Part shown: in pieces, positions 1 to 12,000 of the stretch
Position numbering within the stretch: position 1 is the first letter of the stretch
Layout of the letters: each line of letters opens with the position of its first letter
Assembly: GCF_963921235.1 (NCBI RefSeq)
Contig: NC_086097.1
Span: 141,050,001 to 141,114,000 of the forward strand
Direction of reading: 5' to 3'
Origin: Mobula hypostoma
Lineage: Eukaryota
DNA length: 64,000 bases
Program-made: the position numbers and the translations under genes
The notes under the pieces: model-generated
What the model saw: only the letters and a program-made list of their open reading frames with translations
Told to the model about the DNA's origin: nothing
Database searches by the model: none

Positions 1-3000
1 AGACAGGAGGCTGGAGACTTCAGGTTAGCGGTGAAGCAGGAGGCTGGACACTTCCAGCTAGAGGCTCGGCAGGAGGCTGCAGTCTTCAGACTAGAGGCTC
101 GGCAGAAGGCTGCAGTCTTCAGGTTAGAGGTTAGTCAGGAGGCTGGAGTCTTCATGCTAGTGGCTAAGCAGGAGGCTGGAGTCTTCAGTCTGGAGGCTAG
201 AGGCTAGAGACTTGTAGCGAGGCTTGGTAGGAGGCTGGAAACTTGAGACGAGGCGAGGCTTGGCAGGAGCCGAGAGACTTGAGACTTCAGGAGAGGCTTG
301 GCAGGAGGTTGGAGACTTCAGGCTAGAGGCTAAGCAGGAGGCTGGAATTTTCAGGCTAGAGGCTAGGCAGAAGGCTGTAGTCTTCAGGCTAGAGGCTAGG
401 CAGGATGTTGGAGTCTTCAGGCCTGAAGCTAGGCAGCAGGCTGGAATCTTCAGGCTTCAGGCTAGGCGGAAGGCTGGAGCCTTCAGGATTGTGGCTAGGC
501 AGGAGACTGGAGTCTTCAGGCTTGAGGCTAGGCAGGAGGTTGGAGTCTTACGGATTGAGGCTAGGCAGGAGGCTGGAGTCTTCAGGCTTGAGGCTAGGCA
601 GGAGGCTGGAGTCTGCAGGCTTGAGACTAGGCAGGAGGCTGAAGTCTTTAGGTTTGATGCTCGGCAAGAGGATGGAGTCTTCAGGCTTGAGGCTAGAGGA
701 TAAAGATTTCAAGCGATGCTTCGTAGGAGGCTGGAGACTGGAGACGAGGCGATCCTTGGCAGTAGGGTGGAGACTTGAGAATTCAGGCGAGGCTTGACAG
801 GAGGCTAGCGACTTGAGACTTGAGACGAGGCTAGGCACGTGGCAGTACTCCAGGCTAGAGGCTATGCAGGCTGTTGGAGTCGTCTGGCTTGAGGTTAGGC
901 AGGAGGCTGGAGTCTTTAGGCTAGAGGCTAGAGGCTAGAGACTTGAAGCGAGGCTTCGTAGGAGGGTGGAGACTTTTGACGAGGCGAGGCTTGGCAGGAG
1001 GCTGGACTCTTGAGAATTGAGGCGAGGCTTGGCAGGAGGGTGGAGTCTTCAGGACTGAGGCTAGGGAGGAGGCTAGAGTCTTCAAGCTTGAGGCTAGGCA
1101 GGAGGCTGGAGTCTTCAGGTTAGCGGTGAAGCAGGAGGCTGGAGTCTTCCGGCTAGTGGCTAGGCAGGAGGCTGTGGTCTTCAGACTTCAGGCTAGGCTG
1201 GAGGCTAGAGTCTTCAGGCTGGAAACTAGGCAGGAGGCTGGCATTTTCAGGCTTGAGGGCAGGCTGGATACTGGAGTCATCAGACTTGAGGTTAGGCAGG
1301 AGGCTGGAGTCTTCATGCTAGTGGCTAAGCAGGAGGCTGGAGTCTTCAGTCTGGAGGCTAGAGGCTAGAGACTTGTAGCGAGGCTTGGTAGGAGGCTGGA
1401 AACTTGAGACGAGGAGAGGCTTGGCAGGAGCCGAGAGACGTGAGACTTCAGGAGAGGCTTGGCAGGAGGTTGGAGACTTCAGGCTAGAGGCTAAGCAGGA
1501 GGCTGGAATTTTCAGGCTAGAGGCTAGGCAGAAGGCTGTAGTCTTCAGGCTAGAGGCTAGGCAGGATGTTGGAGTCTTCAGGCCTGAAGCTAGGCAGCAG
1601 GCTGGAGTCTTCAGGCTTCAGGCTAGGCGGAAGGCTGGAGCCTTCAGGATTGTGGCTAGGCAGGAGGCTGGAGTCTTCAGGCTTGAAGCTAGGCAGGAGG
1701 CTGGAGTCTTAAGGATTGAGGCTAGGCAGGAGGATGGAGTCATCAGGCTTGAGGCTAGGCAGGAGGTTGGAGTCTTACGGATTGAGGCTAGGCAGGAGGC
1801 TGGAGTCTGCAGGCTTGAGACTAGGCAGGAGGCTGAAGTCTTTAGGTTTGATGCTCGGCAAGAGGATGGAGTCTTCAGGCTTGAGGCTAGAGGATAAAGA
1901 TTTCAAGCGATGCTTCGTAGGAGGCTGGAGACTGGAGACGAGGCGATCCTTGGCAGTAGGGTGGAGACTTGAGAATTCAGGCGAGGCTTGACAGGAGGCT
2001 AGCGACTTGAGACTTGAGACGAGGCTAGGCACGTGGCAGTACTCCAGGCTAGAGGCTATGCAGGCTGTTGGAGTCGTCTGGCTTGAAGTTAGGCAGGAGG
2101 CTGGAGTCTTTAGGCTAGAGGCTAGAGGCTAGAGACTTGAAGCGAGGCTTCGTAGGAGGCTGGAGACTTTTGACGAGGCGAGGCTTGGCAGGAGGATGGA
2201 CTCTTGAGAATTGAGGCGAGGCTTGGCAGGAGGGTGGAGTCTTCAGGACTGAGGCTAGGGAGGAGGCTAGAGTCTTCAAGCTTGAGGCTAGGCAGGAGGC
2301 TGGAGTCTTCAGGTTAGCGGTGAAGCAGGAGGCTGGAGTCTTCCGGCTAGTGGCTAGGCAGGAGGCTGTGGTCTTCAGACTTGAGGCTAGGCTGGAGGCT
2401 GGAGTCTTCAGGCTGGAAACTAGGCAGGAGGCTGGCATTTTCAGGCTTGAGGGTAGGCTGGATACTGGAGTCTTCAGAATTGATGTTAGGCAGAAGGCTT
2501 GAGGTTAGGCAGGAGGCTGGAGTCTTCAGGCTTGAGGCTAAGCAGGAGGTTTCAGCCTTCAAGCTCGAGGCTAGGCAGGAGGATGGAGTCGTCAGGATTG
2601 AGGCAGAGGCTGGGCAGGAGTCTGGAGTCTTCAGGCTTGAGGCTAGGCAGTAGGCTGCAGTCTTCAGGCTAGAGGCTAGGCAGGAGGATGCAGTCTTCAG
2701 GCTAGATGCTAGGCATGATGTTGGAGTCGTCAGGATTGAGGCTGGGCAGGAGGCTGGAGTCTTCAGGCTTGAGTCTAGGCAGGAGACCGGAGACTTCAGG
2801 TTTGTGGCTAGGCAGGAGGCTGTATTCTTCAGGCTAGAGGCTAAGCAGGAGGCTAGAGTCTTCAGGCTTGCGGCTAGGGAGTAGGCTGGTGTCTTCAGGC
2901 ATCAGACTGGGCAGGAATCTGAAGTCTTCCGGCTTGAGACTAGGCAGGAGGCTGGAGTCGTCAGGATTGAGGCTGATGCTAGGCAGGAGTCTGGACCTCT

Positions 3001-6000
3001 TCAGGCTAGAGGCTAGGCAGGAGGCTGGAGTCTTCAGGCGTGAGGCTAGGCAGGAGGCTGCAGTCTTCAGGCTAGAGGATAGGCAGGAGGCTGCAGTCTT
3101 CAGGCTAGATGCTAGGCATGATTGTGGAGTCTTCTGGATTGAGGCTAGGCAGGAGTCTGGAGTATTCAGGCATCCGGCTAGGCAGCGGGCAGCATTATTC
3201 AGGTTTCAGACTAGGCAGGAGGCTGGAATCTTCAGGCTAGATGTTAAGCACGAGGCTGGTGTCTTCAGGCATCAGGATAGGCACGAAGCTGGAGTCTTCA
3301 AGCTTGAGGCTAGGCAGGAGGCTGGAGTCTTCAGTCTTGAGGCTAAGCAGGAGTCTTGAGTCTTCAGACGAGGCAGGAGCCTGGGGTCTTCAAGCTTGAG
3401 TTTAGGCAGGAGGTTGGAGTCTTCAGGCTAGAGGCTAAGCAGGAGGCTGGAGTCTTCAGGCTAGAGGCTAGGCAGGAGGATGGAGTCTTCAGGCTAGAGG
3501 CTAGGCAGGATGTTGGAGTCTTCAGGCTAGAAGCTAGGCAGGAGGCTGGAGTCTTCAGGCGTGAGGCTCAGCAGGAGGCTGGAGTCTTCAGGCTTGAGGC
3601 TAGGCAGGAGGCTAGTGTCTTCAGGCATCAGGCTGGGCAGGAATCTGGAGTGTTCAGGCTTGAGGCTAAGCAGGAGGTTTGAGCCTTCAGGCTCGAGGCT
3701 AGGCAGGAGGATGGAGTCGTCAGGATTGAGGCTGAGGCTTGGCAGGAGTCTGGAGTCTTCAGGCTTGAGGCTAGGCAGTAGGCTGCAGTCTTCAGGCTAG
3801 AGGCTAGGCAGTAGGCTGCAGTCTTCAGGCTAGATGCTAGGCATGATGTTGGAGTCGTCAGGATTAGGCTAGGCAGGAGGCTGGAGTCTTCAGGCTTGAG
3901 GCTAGGCAGGAGACTGGAGACTTCAGGTTTGTGGCTAGGCAGGAGGCTGTATTCTTCAGGCTAGAGGCTCGGCAGGAGGGTAGAGTCTTCAGGCTTGAGG
4001 CTAGGCAGGAGGCTAGAGTCTTCAGGCTTGCGGCTAGGAAGGAGGCTGGTGTCTTCAGGCATCAGACTGGGCAGGAATCTGAAGTCTTCAGGCTTGAGAC
4101 TAAGCAGGAGGCTGGAGTCGTCAGGATTGAGGCTGATGCTAGGCAGGAGTCTGGACTCTTCAGGCTAGAGGCTAGGCAGGAGGCTTGAGTCTTCAAGCTT
4201 GAGGCTAGGCAGGAGGCTTGAGTCTTCAGGCGTGAGGCTAGGCAGGAGGCTGGAGTCTTCAGGCTAGAGGATAGGCAGGAGGCTGCAGTCTTCAGGCTAG
4301 ATGCTAGGCATGATTGTGGAGTCGTCCGGATTGAGGCTAGGCAGGAGTCTGGAGTATTCAGGCTTCAGGCTAGGCAGGAGGCTGGAGTTTTCAGGCTTGA
4401 GGCTAGGCAGGAGGCTGGAATCTTCAGGCTAGAGGCTAAGCACGAGGCTGGTGTCTTCAGGCATCAGGATAGGCACGAAGCTGGAGTCTTCAAGCTTGAG
4501 GCTAGGCAGGAGGCTGGAGTCTTCAGGCGTGAGGCTAGGCAGGAGGCTGGAGACTTCAGGCTTGAGGCTAAGCAGGAGTCTTGAGTCTTCAGACTAGGCA
4601 GGAGGCTGGAGTCTTCAAGCTAGAGGTTAGGCAGGAGGCTGGAGTCTTCAGGCTAGAGGCTAGGCAGGATGTTGGAGTCTTCAGGCCTGAAGCTAGGCAG
4701 GAGGCTGGAGTCTTCAGGCTTGAGGCTAGGCAGGAGGCTGGAGTCTTCAGGATTGAGGCTAGGCAGGAGGCTGGAGTCTTCAGGCTTGAGGCTAGGCAGG
4801 AGGCTGGAGTCTTCAGGCTTGAGGCTAGGCAGGAGGCTGGAGTCTTCAGGCTTGAGGTTAGGCAGGAGGCTGGAGTCTTCAGGCTTGAGGCTAGGCAGGA
4901 GGCTGGAGTCTTCAGGCTTGAGGCTTAGCAGGAGGCTGGAGTCTTCAGGCTTGAGGCTAGGCAGGAGGCTGGTGTCTTCAGGCATCAGGCTGGGCAGGAA
5001 TCTGGAGTCTTCAGGCTTGAGGCTAGGCAGGAGGCTGGAGTCGTCAGGATTGAGGCTGATGCTAGGCAGGAGTCTGGACTCTTCAGGCTTGAGGCTAGGC
5101 AGGAGGCTTGAGTCTTCAAGCTTGAGGCTAGGCAGGAGGCTGGAGTCTTCAATCTAGAGTTTAGGCAGGAGGCTGGAGTCTTCAGGCTAGAGGCTAGGCA
5201 GGAGGGTAGAGTCTTCAGGCTAGATGCTAGGCATGATTGTGGAGTCGTCAGGATTGAGGCTAGGCAGGAGTCTGGAGTATTCAGGCTTGAGGCTAGGCAG
5301 GAGGCTGGAATCTTCAGACTTCAGGTTAGGCAGCAGGCTGGAATCTTCAGGCTAAAGGCTAAGCACGAGGCTGGTGTTTTCAGGCATCAGGATAGGCAGG
5401 ATGCTGGAGTCTTCAAGCTTGAGGCTAGGCAGGAGGCTGGAGTCTTCAGGCGTGAGGCTAGGCAGGAGGCTGGAGACTTCAGGCTTGAGGCTAGGCAGGA
5501 GGCTGGAGTCTTTAGGCTTGAGGCTAGGCAGGAGACTGGACTCTTCAGGCTTGAGGCTAGGCAGGAGGCTGGAATCTTCAGGCTTGAGGCTAAGCAGGAG
5601 GTTTGAGCCTTCAGGCTCGAGGCTAGGCAGGAGGATGGAGTCGTCAGGATTGAGGCTGAGGCTGGGCAGGAGTCTGGAGTCTTCAGGCTAGAGGCTAGGC
5701 AGGAGGCTGCAGTCTTCAGGCTAGATGCTAGGCATGATGTTGGAGTCGTCAGGATTGAGGCTAGGCAGGAGGCTGGAGTCTTCAGGCTTGAGGCTAGGCA
5801 GGAGACTGGAGACTTCAGGTTTGTGGCTAGGCAGGAGGCTGTATTCTTCAGGCTAGAGGCTAAGCAGGAGTGTAGAGTCTTCAGGCTTGAGGCTAGGAAG
5901 GAGGCTGGTGTCTTCAGGCATCAGACTGGGCAGGAATCTGAAGTCTTCAGGCTTGAGACTAAGCAGGAGGCTAGAGTCGTCAGGATTGAGGCTGATGCTA

Positions 6001-9000
6001 GGCAGGAGTCTGGAGTCTTCAGGCTTGAGGCTAGGCAGGAGGCTGGAGTCTTCAGGCTTGAGGCTAGGCAGGAGGCTGCAGTCTTCAGGCTAGAGGCTAG
6101 GCAGGAGGCTGCAGTCTTCAGGCTAGATGCTAGGCATGATTGTGGAGTCGTCAGGATTGAGGCTAGGCAGGAGTCTGGAGTATTCAGGCATCCGGCTAGG
6201 CAGCGGGCAGCATTATTCAGGTTTCAGACTAGGCAGAAGGCTGGAATCTTCAGGCTAGATGTTAAGCACGAGGCTGGTGTCTTCAGGCATCAGGATAGGC
6301 ACGAAGCTGGAGTCTTCAAGCTTGAGGCAAGGCAGGAGGTTGGAGTCTTCAGGCTAGAGGCTAAGCAGGAGGCTGGAGTCTTCAGGCTAGAGGCTAGGCA
6401 GGAGGGTAGAGTCTTCAGGACTGAAGCTAGGCAGGAGGCTGGAGTCTTCAGGTTAGAGGTGAAGCAGGAGTCTGGAGTCTTCAGGCTAGAGGCTAGGCAG
6501 GAGGCTGGAGTCTTCAGGCCTGAAGCTAGGCAGGAGGCTAGAGTCTTCAGGCTAGAAGCTAGGCTGGAGGCTGGAGTCTTCAGTCTTGAACCGAAGTAGG
6601 AGGCTTGAGTCTTCAGGCTACAGGATAGGCAGGAGGCTGCAGTCTTCAGGCTAGATGCTAGGCATGATTGTGGAGTCGTCAGGATTGAGGCTAGGCAGGA
6701 GTCTGGAGTATTCAGGCATCAGGCTAGGCAGCGGGCAGCATTATTCAGGTTTCAGGCTAGGCAGGAGGCTGGAATCTTCAGGCTAGAGGCTAAGCACGAG
6801 GCTGGTGTCTTCAGGCATCAGGATAGGCACGAAGCTGGAGTCTTCAAGCTTGAGGCTAGGCAGGAGGCTGGAGTCTTCAGGCGTGAGGCTAGGCAGGAGG
6901 ATGGAGACTTCAGTCTTGAGGCTAAGCAGGAGTCTTGAGTCTTCAGACTAGGCAGGAGGCTGGAGTCTTCAAGCTTGAGGTTAGGCAGGAGGTTGGAATC
7001 TTCAGGCTTGAGGCTAAGCAGGAGGTTTGAGCCTTCAAGCTCGAGGCTAGGCAGGAGGATGGAGTCGTCAGGATTGAGGCTGAGGCTGGGCAGGAGTCTG
7101 GAGTCTTCAGGCTAGAGGCCAGGCAGGAGGATGCAGTCTTCAGGCTAGATGCTAGGCATGATGTTGGAGTCGTCAGGATTGAGGCTGGGCAGGAGGCTGG
7201 AGTCTTCAGGCTTGAGTCTAGGCAGGAGACCGGAGACTTCAGGTTTGTGGCTAGGCAGGAGGCTGTATTCTTCAGGCTAGAGGCTAAGCAGGAGGCTAGA
7301 GTCTTCAGGCTTGCGGCTAGGAAGTAGGCTGGTGTCTTCAGGCATCAGACTGGGCAGGAATCTGAAGTCTTCCGGCTTGAGACTAGGCAGGAGGCTGGAG
7401 TCGTCAGGATTGAGGCTGATGCTAGGCAGGAGTCTGGACCTCTTCAGGCTAGAGGCTAGGCAGGAGGCTGGAGTCTTCAGGCGTGAGGCTAGGCAGGAGG
7501 CTGCAGTCTTCAGGCTAGAGGATAGGCAGGAGGCTGCAGTCTTCAGGCTAGATGCTAGGCATGATTGTGGAGTCGTCAGGATTGAGGCTAGGCAGGAGTC
7601 TGGAGTATTCAGGCTTCAGGCTAGGCAGCAGGCTGGATTATTCAGGTTTCAGGCTAGGCAGGAGGCTGGAATCATCAGGTTAGAGGCTAAGCACGAGGCT
7701 GGTGTCTTCAGGCATCAGGATAGGCACGAAGCTGGAGTCTTCAAGCTTCAGGCTAGGCAGGAGGCTGGAGTATTCAGGCTTGAGGCTAAGCAGGAGTCTT
7801 GAGTCTTCAGACTAGGCAGGAGGCTGGAGTCTTCAAGCTAGAGGTTAGGCAGGAGGTTGGAGTCTTCAGGCTAGAGGCTAAGCAGGAGGCTGGAGTTTTC
7901 AGGCTAGAGGCTAGGCAGAAGGCTGTAGTCTTCAGGCTAGAGGCTAGGCAGGATGTTGGAGTCTTCAGGCCTGAAGCTAGGCAGGAGGCTGGAGTCTTCA
8001 GGTTAGAGGCTAGGCAGGAGTCTGGAGTCTTCAGGCTTGAGGCTAGGCAGGAGGCTGGAGTCTTCAGGCTTGAGGCTAGGCAGGAGGCTAGTGTCTTCAG
8101 GCATCAGGCTGGGCAGGAATCTGGAGTGTTCAGGCTTGAGGCTAAGCAGGAGGTTTGAGCCTTCAGACTAGGCAGGAGGCTGGAGTCTTCAAGCTTGAGG
8201 CTAGGCAGGAGGCTGGAGTCTTCAGGCTTGAGGCTAAGCAGGAGGTTTGAGCCTTCAGGCTCGAGGCTAGGCAGGAGGATGGAGTCGTCAGGATTGAGGC
8301 TGAGGCTAGGCAGGAGTCTGGAGTCTTCAGGCTTGAGGCTAGGCAGTAGGCTGCAGTCTTCAGGCTAGAGGCTAGGCAGGAGGCTGCAGTCTTCAGGCTA
8401 GATGCTAGGCATGATGTTGGAGTCGTCAGGATTGAGGCTAGGCAGGAGGCTGGAGTCTTCAGGCTTGAGGCTAGGCAGGAGACTGGAGACTTCAGGTTTG
8501 TGGCTAGGCAGGAGGCTGTATTCTTCAGGCTATAGGCTAGGCAGGAGTGTAGAGTCTTCAGGCTTGAGGCTAGGAAGGAGGCTAGTGTCTTCAGGCATCA
8601 GACTGGGCAGGAATCTGAAGTCTTCAGGCTTGAGACTAAGCAGGAGGCTGGAGTCGTCAGGATTGAGGCTGATGCTAGGCAGGAGTCTGGACTCTTCAGG
8701 CTAGAGGCTAGGCAGGAGGCTGGAGTCTTCAGGCGTGAGGCTAGGCAGGAGGCTGCAGTCTTCAGGCTACAGGATAGGCAGGAGGCTGCAGTCTTCAGGC
8801 TAGATGCTAGGCATGAGGCTGGAGTCTTCAGGCGTGAGGCTAGGCAGGAGTCTGGAGTATTCAGGCTTCAGGCTAGGCAGCAGGCTGGATTATTCAGGTT
8901 TCAGGCTAGGCAGGAGGCTGGAATATTCAGGCTAGTGGCTAAGCACGAGGCTGGTGTCTTCAGGCATCAGGATAGGCACGAAGCTGGAGTCTTCAAGCTT

Positions 9001-12000
9001 CAGGCTAGGCAGGAGGCTGGAGTCTTCAGGCTTGAGGCTAAGCAGGAGTCTTGAGTCTTCAGACTAGGCAGGAGGCTGGAGTCTTCAAGCTTGAGTTTAG
9101 GCAGGAGGTTGGAGTCTTCAGGCTGGAGGCTAAGCAGGTGGCTGGAGTTTTCAGGCTAGAGGCTAGGCAGAAGGATGTTGTCTTCAGGCTAGAGGCTAGG
9201 CAGGATGTTGGAGTCTTCAGGCGTGAGGCTCAGCAGGAGGCTGGAGTCTTCAGGCTTGAGGCTAGGCAGGAGGCTAGTGTCTTCAGGCATCAGGCTGGGC
9301 AGGAATCTGGAGTGTTCAGGCTTGAGGCTAAGCAGGAGGTTTGAGCCTTCAGTCTCGAGGCTAGGCAGGAGGATGGAGTCGTCAGGATTGAGGCTGAGGC
9401 TGGGCAGGAGACTGGAGTCTTCATGCTTGAGGCTAGGCAGTAGGCTGCAGTCTTCAGGCTAGAGGCTAGGCAGGAGGCTGCAGTCTTCAGGCTAGATGCT
9501 AGGCATGATGTTGGAGTCGTCAGGATTGAGGCTAGGCAGGAGGCTGGAGTCTTCAGGCTTGAGGCTAGGCAGGAGACCGGAGACTTCAGGTTTGTGGCTA
9601 GGCAGGAGGCTGTATTCTTCAGGCTAGAGGCTAGCCAGGAGGGTAGGCTCTTCAGGCTTGAGGCTAGGCAGGAGGCTAGAGTCTTCAGGCTTGAGGCTAG
9701 GAAGGAGGCTGGTGTCTTCAGGCATCAGACTGGGCAGGAATCTGAAGTCTTCAGGCTTGAGACTAAGCAGGAGGCTGGAGTCGTCAGGATTGAGGCTGAT
9801 GCTAGGCAGGAGTCTGGACTCTTCAGGCTAGAGGCTAGGCAGGAGGCTTGAGTCTTCAAGCTTGAGGCTAGGCAGGAGGCTGGAGTCTTCAGGCGTGAGG
9901 CTAGGCAGGAGGCTGGAGTCTTCAGGCTAGAGGCTAGGCAGGAGGGTAGAGTCTTCAGGCTAGATGCTAGGCATGATTGTGGAGTCGTCAGGATTGAGGC
10001 TAGGCAGGAGTCTGGAGTATTCAGGCTTCAGGCTAGGCAGCAGGCTGGATTATTCAGGTTTCAGGCTAGGCAGGAGGCTGGAATCATCAGGTTAGAGGCT
10101 AAGCACGAGGCTGGTGTCTTCAGGCATCAGGATAGGCACGAAGCTGGAGTCTTCAAGCTTGAGGCTAGGCAGGAGGCTGGAGTCTTCAGGCGTGAGGCTA
10201 GGCAGGAGGATGGAGACTTCAGTCTTGAGGCTAAGCAGGAGTCTTGAGTCTTCAGACTAGGCAGGAGGCTGGAGTCTTCAAGCTAGAGGTTAGGCAGGAG
10301 GCTGGAGTTTTCAGGCTAGAGGCTAGGCAGAAGGCTGTAGTCTTCAGGCTAGAGGCTAGGCAGGAGGCTGGAGTCTTCAGGCTTCAGGCTAGGCAGGAGG
10401 CTGGAGTATTCAGGATTGAGGCGAGGCAGGAGGCTGGAGTCTTCAGGCTTGAGGCTAGGCAGGAGGCTGGAGTCTTCAGGCTTGAGGCTAGGCAGGAGGC
10501 TGGAGTCTTCAGGCTTGAGGCTAGGCAGGAGGCTGGAGTCTTCAGGCTTGAGGCTAGGCAGGAGGCTGGAGTCTTCAGGCTTGAGGCTAGGCAGGAGGAT
10601 GGAGTCTTCAGGCTTGAGGCTAGGCAGGAGGCTGGTGTCTTCAGGCATCAGACTGGGCAGGAATCTGGAGTCTTCAGGCTTGAGACTAAGCAGGAGGCTG
10701 GAGTCGTCAGGATTGAGGCTGATGCTAGGCAGGAGTCTGGACTCTTCAGGCTTGAGGCTAGGCAGGAGGCTGGAGTCTTCAAGCTTGAGGCTAGGCAGGA
10801 GGCTGGAGTCTTCAGGCGTGAGGCTAGGCAGGAGGCTGGAGTCTTCAGGCTAGAGGCTAGGCAGGAGGCTGCAGTCTTCAGGCTAGATGCTAGGCATGAT
10901 TGTGGAGTCGTCAGGATTGAGGCTAGGCAGGAGTCTGGAGTATTCAGGCTTCAGGCTAGGCAGCAGGCTGGATTATTCAGGTTTCAGGCTAGGCAGGAGG
11001 CTGGAATCTTCAGGCTAGAGGCTAAGCACGAGGCTGGTGTCTTCAGGCATCAGGATAGGCACGAAGCTGGAGTATTCAGGCTTCAGGCTAGGCAGGAGGC
11101 TGGAGTTTTCAGGCGTGAAGCTAGGCAGGAGGCTGGAGACTTCAGGCTTGAGGCTAAGCAGGAGTCTTGAGTCTTCAGACTAGGCAGGAGGCTGGAGTCT
11201 TCAAGCTAGAGGTTAGGCAGGAGGTTGGAGTCTTCAGGCGAGAGGCTAAGCAGGAGGCTGGAGTTTTCAGGCTAGAGGCTAGGCAGAAGGCTGTAGTCTT
11301 CAGGCTAGAGGCTAGGCAGGATGTTGGAGTCTTCAGACTTGAGGTTAGGCAGGCGGCTGGAGTCTTCACGTTTGAGGCTAGGCAGGAGGCTGGAGTCTTC
11401 AGGTTTGAGGCTAAACAGGAGGCTGGAGTCTTCAGGCTTGAGGCTAGGCAGGAGGCTAGTGTCTTCAGGCATCAGGCTGGGCAGGAATCTGGAGTGTTCA
11501 GGCTTGAGGCTAGGCAGGAGGCTGGAGTCTTTAGGCTTGAGGCTAGGCAGGAGACTGGACTCTTCAGGCTTGAGGTTAGGCAGAAGGCTTGAGTCTTCAA
11601 GCTTGAGGCTCGGCAGGAAGCTGGAGTCTTCAGGCTTGAGGCTAAGCAGGAGGTTTGAGCCTTCAGGCTCGAGGCTAGGCAGGAGGATGGAGTCGTCAGG
11701 ATTGAGGCTGAGGCTAGGCAGGAGTCTGGAGTCTTCAGGCTTGAGGCTAGGCAGTAGGCTGCAGTCTTCAGGCTAGAGGCTAGGCAGGAGGCTGCAGTCT
11801 TCAGGCTAGATGCTAGGCATGATGTTGGAGTCGTCAGGAATGAGGCTAGGCAGGAGGCTGGAGTCTTCAGGCTTGAGGCTAGGCAGGAGACCGGAGACTT
11901 CAGGTTTGTGGCTAGGCAGGAGGCTGTATTCTTCAGGCTAGAGGCTAGGCAGGAGTGTAGAGTCTTCAGGCTTGAGGCTAGGAAGGAGGCTGGTGTCTTC